A DNA stretch of 63,967 nt, filler included, from Hyphochytrium catenoides (lineage: Eukaryota > Protista > Hyphochytriomycota), in NCBI GenBank assembly GCA_900088475.1. It is 11 parts of 11 records of this genome, joined end to end, with 100 filler letters (N's around TTAATTAATTAA, not from the genome) between each part and the next. Parts side by side here need not be neighbours in the genome. Positions count along the whole stretch, not along the records: positions 62,964 to 63,967 come from FLMG01004338.1; 10 more parts are not named here. One strand, 5' to 3'. The notes under the pieces were generated by a model that saw only the letters and a program-made list of their open reading frames with translations, was not told where the DNA came from and ran no database searches. Shown here in pieces: positions 63,241-63,967 of this stretch; position 1 is the first letter of the stretch, and the number at the start of each line of letters is the position of its first letter. The position numbers and the translations under genes were made by a program.

Positions 63241-63504
63241 TCAAAGTCTCTCCTCCACCTGCAGTCCCGTAATTCCCACGGAGGTGTTGTCTCCCCAGCT
63301 CTTCCCCAGCAGGAGAGAGATAACGGAGCCTTTCACTCCTCCCACTCCGCTACTTCTCCCTCCTCTGTAGGGCGCGGTCGTGGGTCGAAAGCCGCTGAAG
63401 TCTCTCCCCAGAGAAGAAGACGCAGAGAGAGAAGGAGAAGACTGCCACTTTGCGATAGGAGTCCGCGGTCCTCCCTCCTGGTCCCAGCTGGGTTGAAGAC
63501 GCAC
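63241..63504 (-). CDS. Possible exon of a KATNIP/KIAA0556 (DUF4457)-like protein
   Basis: VISLLLGKSWGDNTSVGITGLQ resembles the [ST]WGD..[YV]VG[LI]TG[LI][EQ] repeat motif of that family. Single short motif only; boundaries are uncertain. Confidence 0.3.
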   Translation of the reverse strand: MRLQPSWDQEGGPRTPIAKWQSSPSLSASSSLGRDFSGFRPTTAPYRGGRSSGVGGVKGSVISLLLGKSWGDNTSVGITGLQVEERL

Positions 63505-63967
63505 CGGCTCCTTATTAACGAGAGAGAGAGAGAGAGAGAGAAGAGAGATGGGAGGGAGGAGAAAGAGAGAGAGAGAGAGAAGGTGTGGTGAGAGAGGGAG
63601 AGAGGTTGTGATGGGGAGAAGGGGTGGAGAGGGCCATAGCGAAAGAGAGACCGAAAGAGAGAGAGAAAGGAGAGAGCAAGGTCAGAGGTGGCTGAAGGAT
63701 AAGTGTCGTATCGAAACAAAAGAGAGAAGGAGAGATCGAAGGTGACTATAAAACGCCAGTAAAGAGCCAGAATATAGAAAAAGAAAGCGCAATGAACAGA
63801 GAGAGGAACAGGCAGTTAAGAAAAAGAAACATAGAAAAGTAAGAAGAGACCAATATATATTCAACATGCAGTCACATGGAAGACACGAATGACTGCTACA
63901 ACGAAAAAACAGAGAGAGAGAGAGAGACGGGGAGAGAGAGAGAGTCAGAGAGAGAGAGAGAGAGAGG

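Noticed and set aside
1-63967. Alternative genetic code in the host
   Set aside because: Conserved genes end at TAG, TAA or TGA at their expected C-termini, and no traced exon has an internal stop.
1-63967. CRISPR array, rRNA or operon-like prokaryotic system
   Set aside because: No regularly spaced repeat-spacer array, rRNA signature or bacterial gene organisation. The tandem repeats found have only two copies.

Overview
This is eukaryotic nuclear DNA: intron-rich, standard genetic code, with proteins that read as stramenopile/SAR-like (an inference). It is not one continuous locus. Eleven scaffold pieces are joined by ten artificial 100-bp spacers (N44-TTAATTAATTAA-N44), so gene neighbourhood only means something within a piece. 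Spliced housekeeping genes: ZMAT2/Snu23, THOC5, CDC73, ARP1/centractin, a MAPR cytochrome-b5 protein, a two-pore channel fragment, a Qc-SNARE, WASHC5/strumpellin and an RBM5/10-like splicing factor. There is also a head-to-head pair of identical tRNA-Arg(ACG) genes. Three accessory genes show no introns: a ZIP zinc transporter, a bacterial-type secreted trypsin-like protease and a PA-domain subtilase. Mobile DNA includes a 262-bp MITE, a hAT-like terminus, an AAGTA-rich element, and a decayed Polinton/PLV-type rve integrase with large insertions and a mosaic tandem duplication. The best leads for new biology are (i) a ~305-aa mitochondrion-targeted, catalytically dead half acyl-CoA synthetase, a candidate respiratory complex I accessory subunit, and (ii) the unusual integrase relic. 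I found no convincing multi-gene novel system. Exon models and family calls were made by eye, with no database search.
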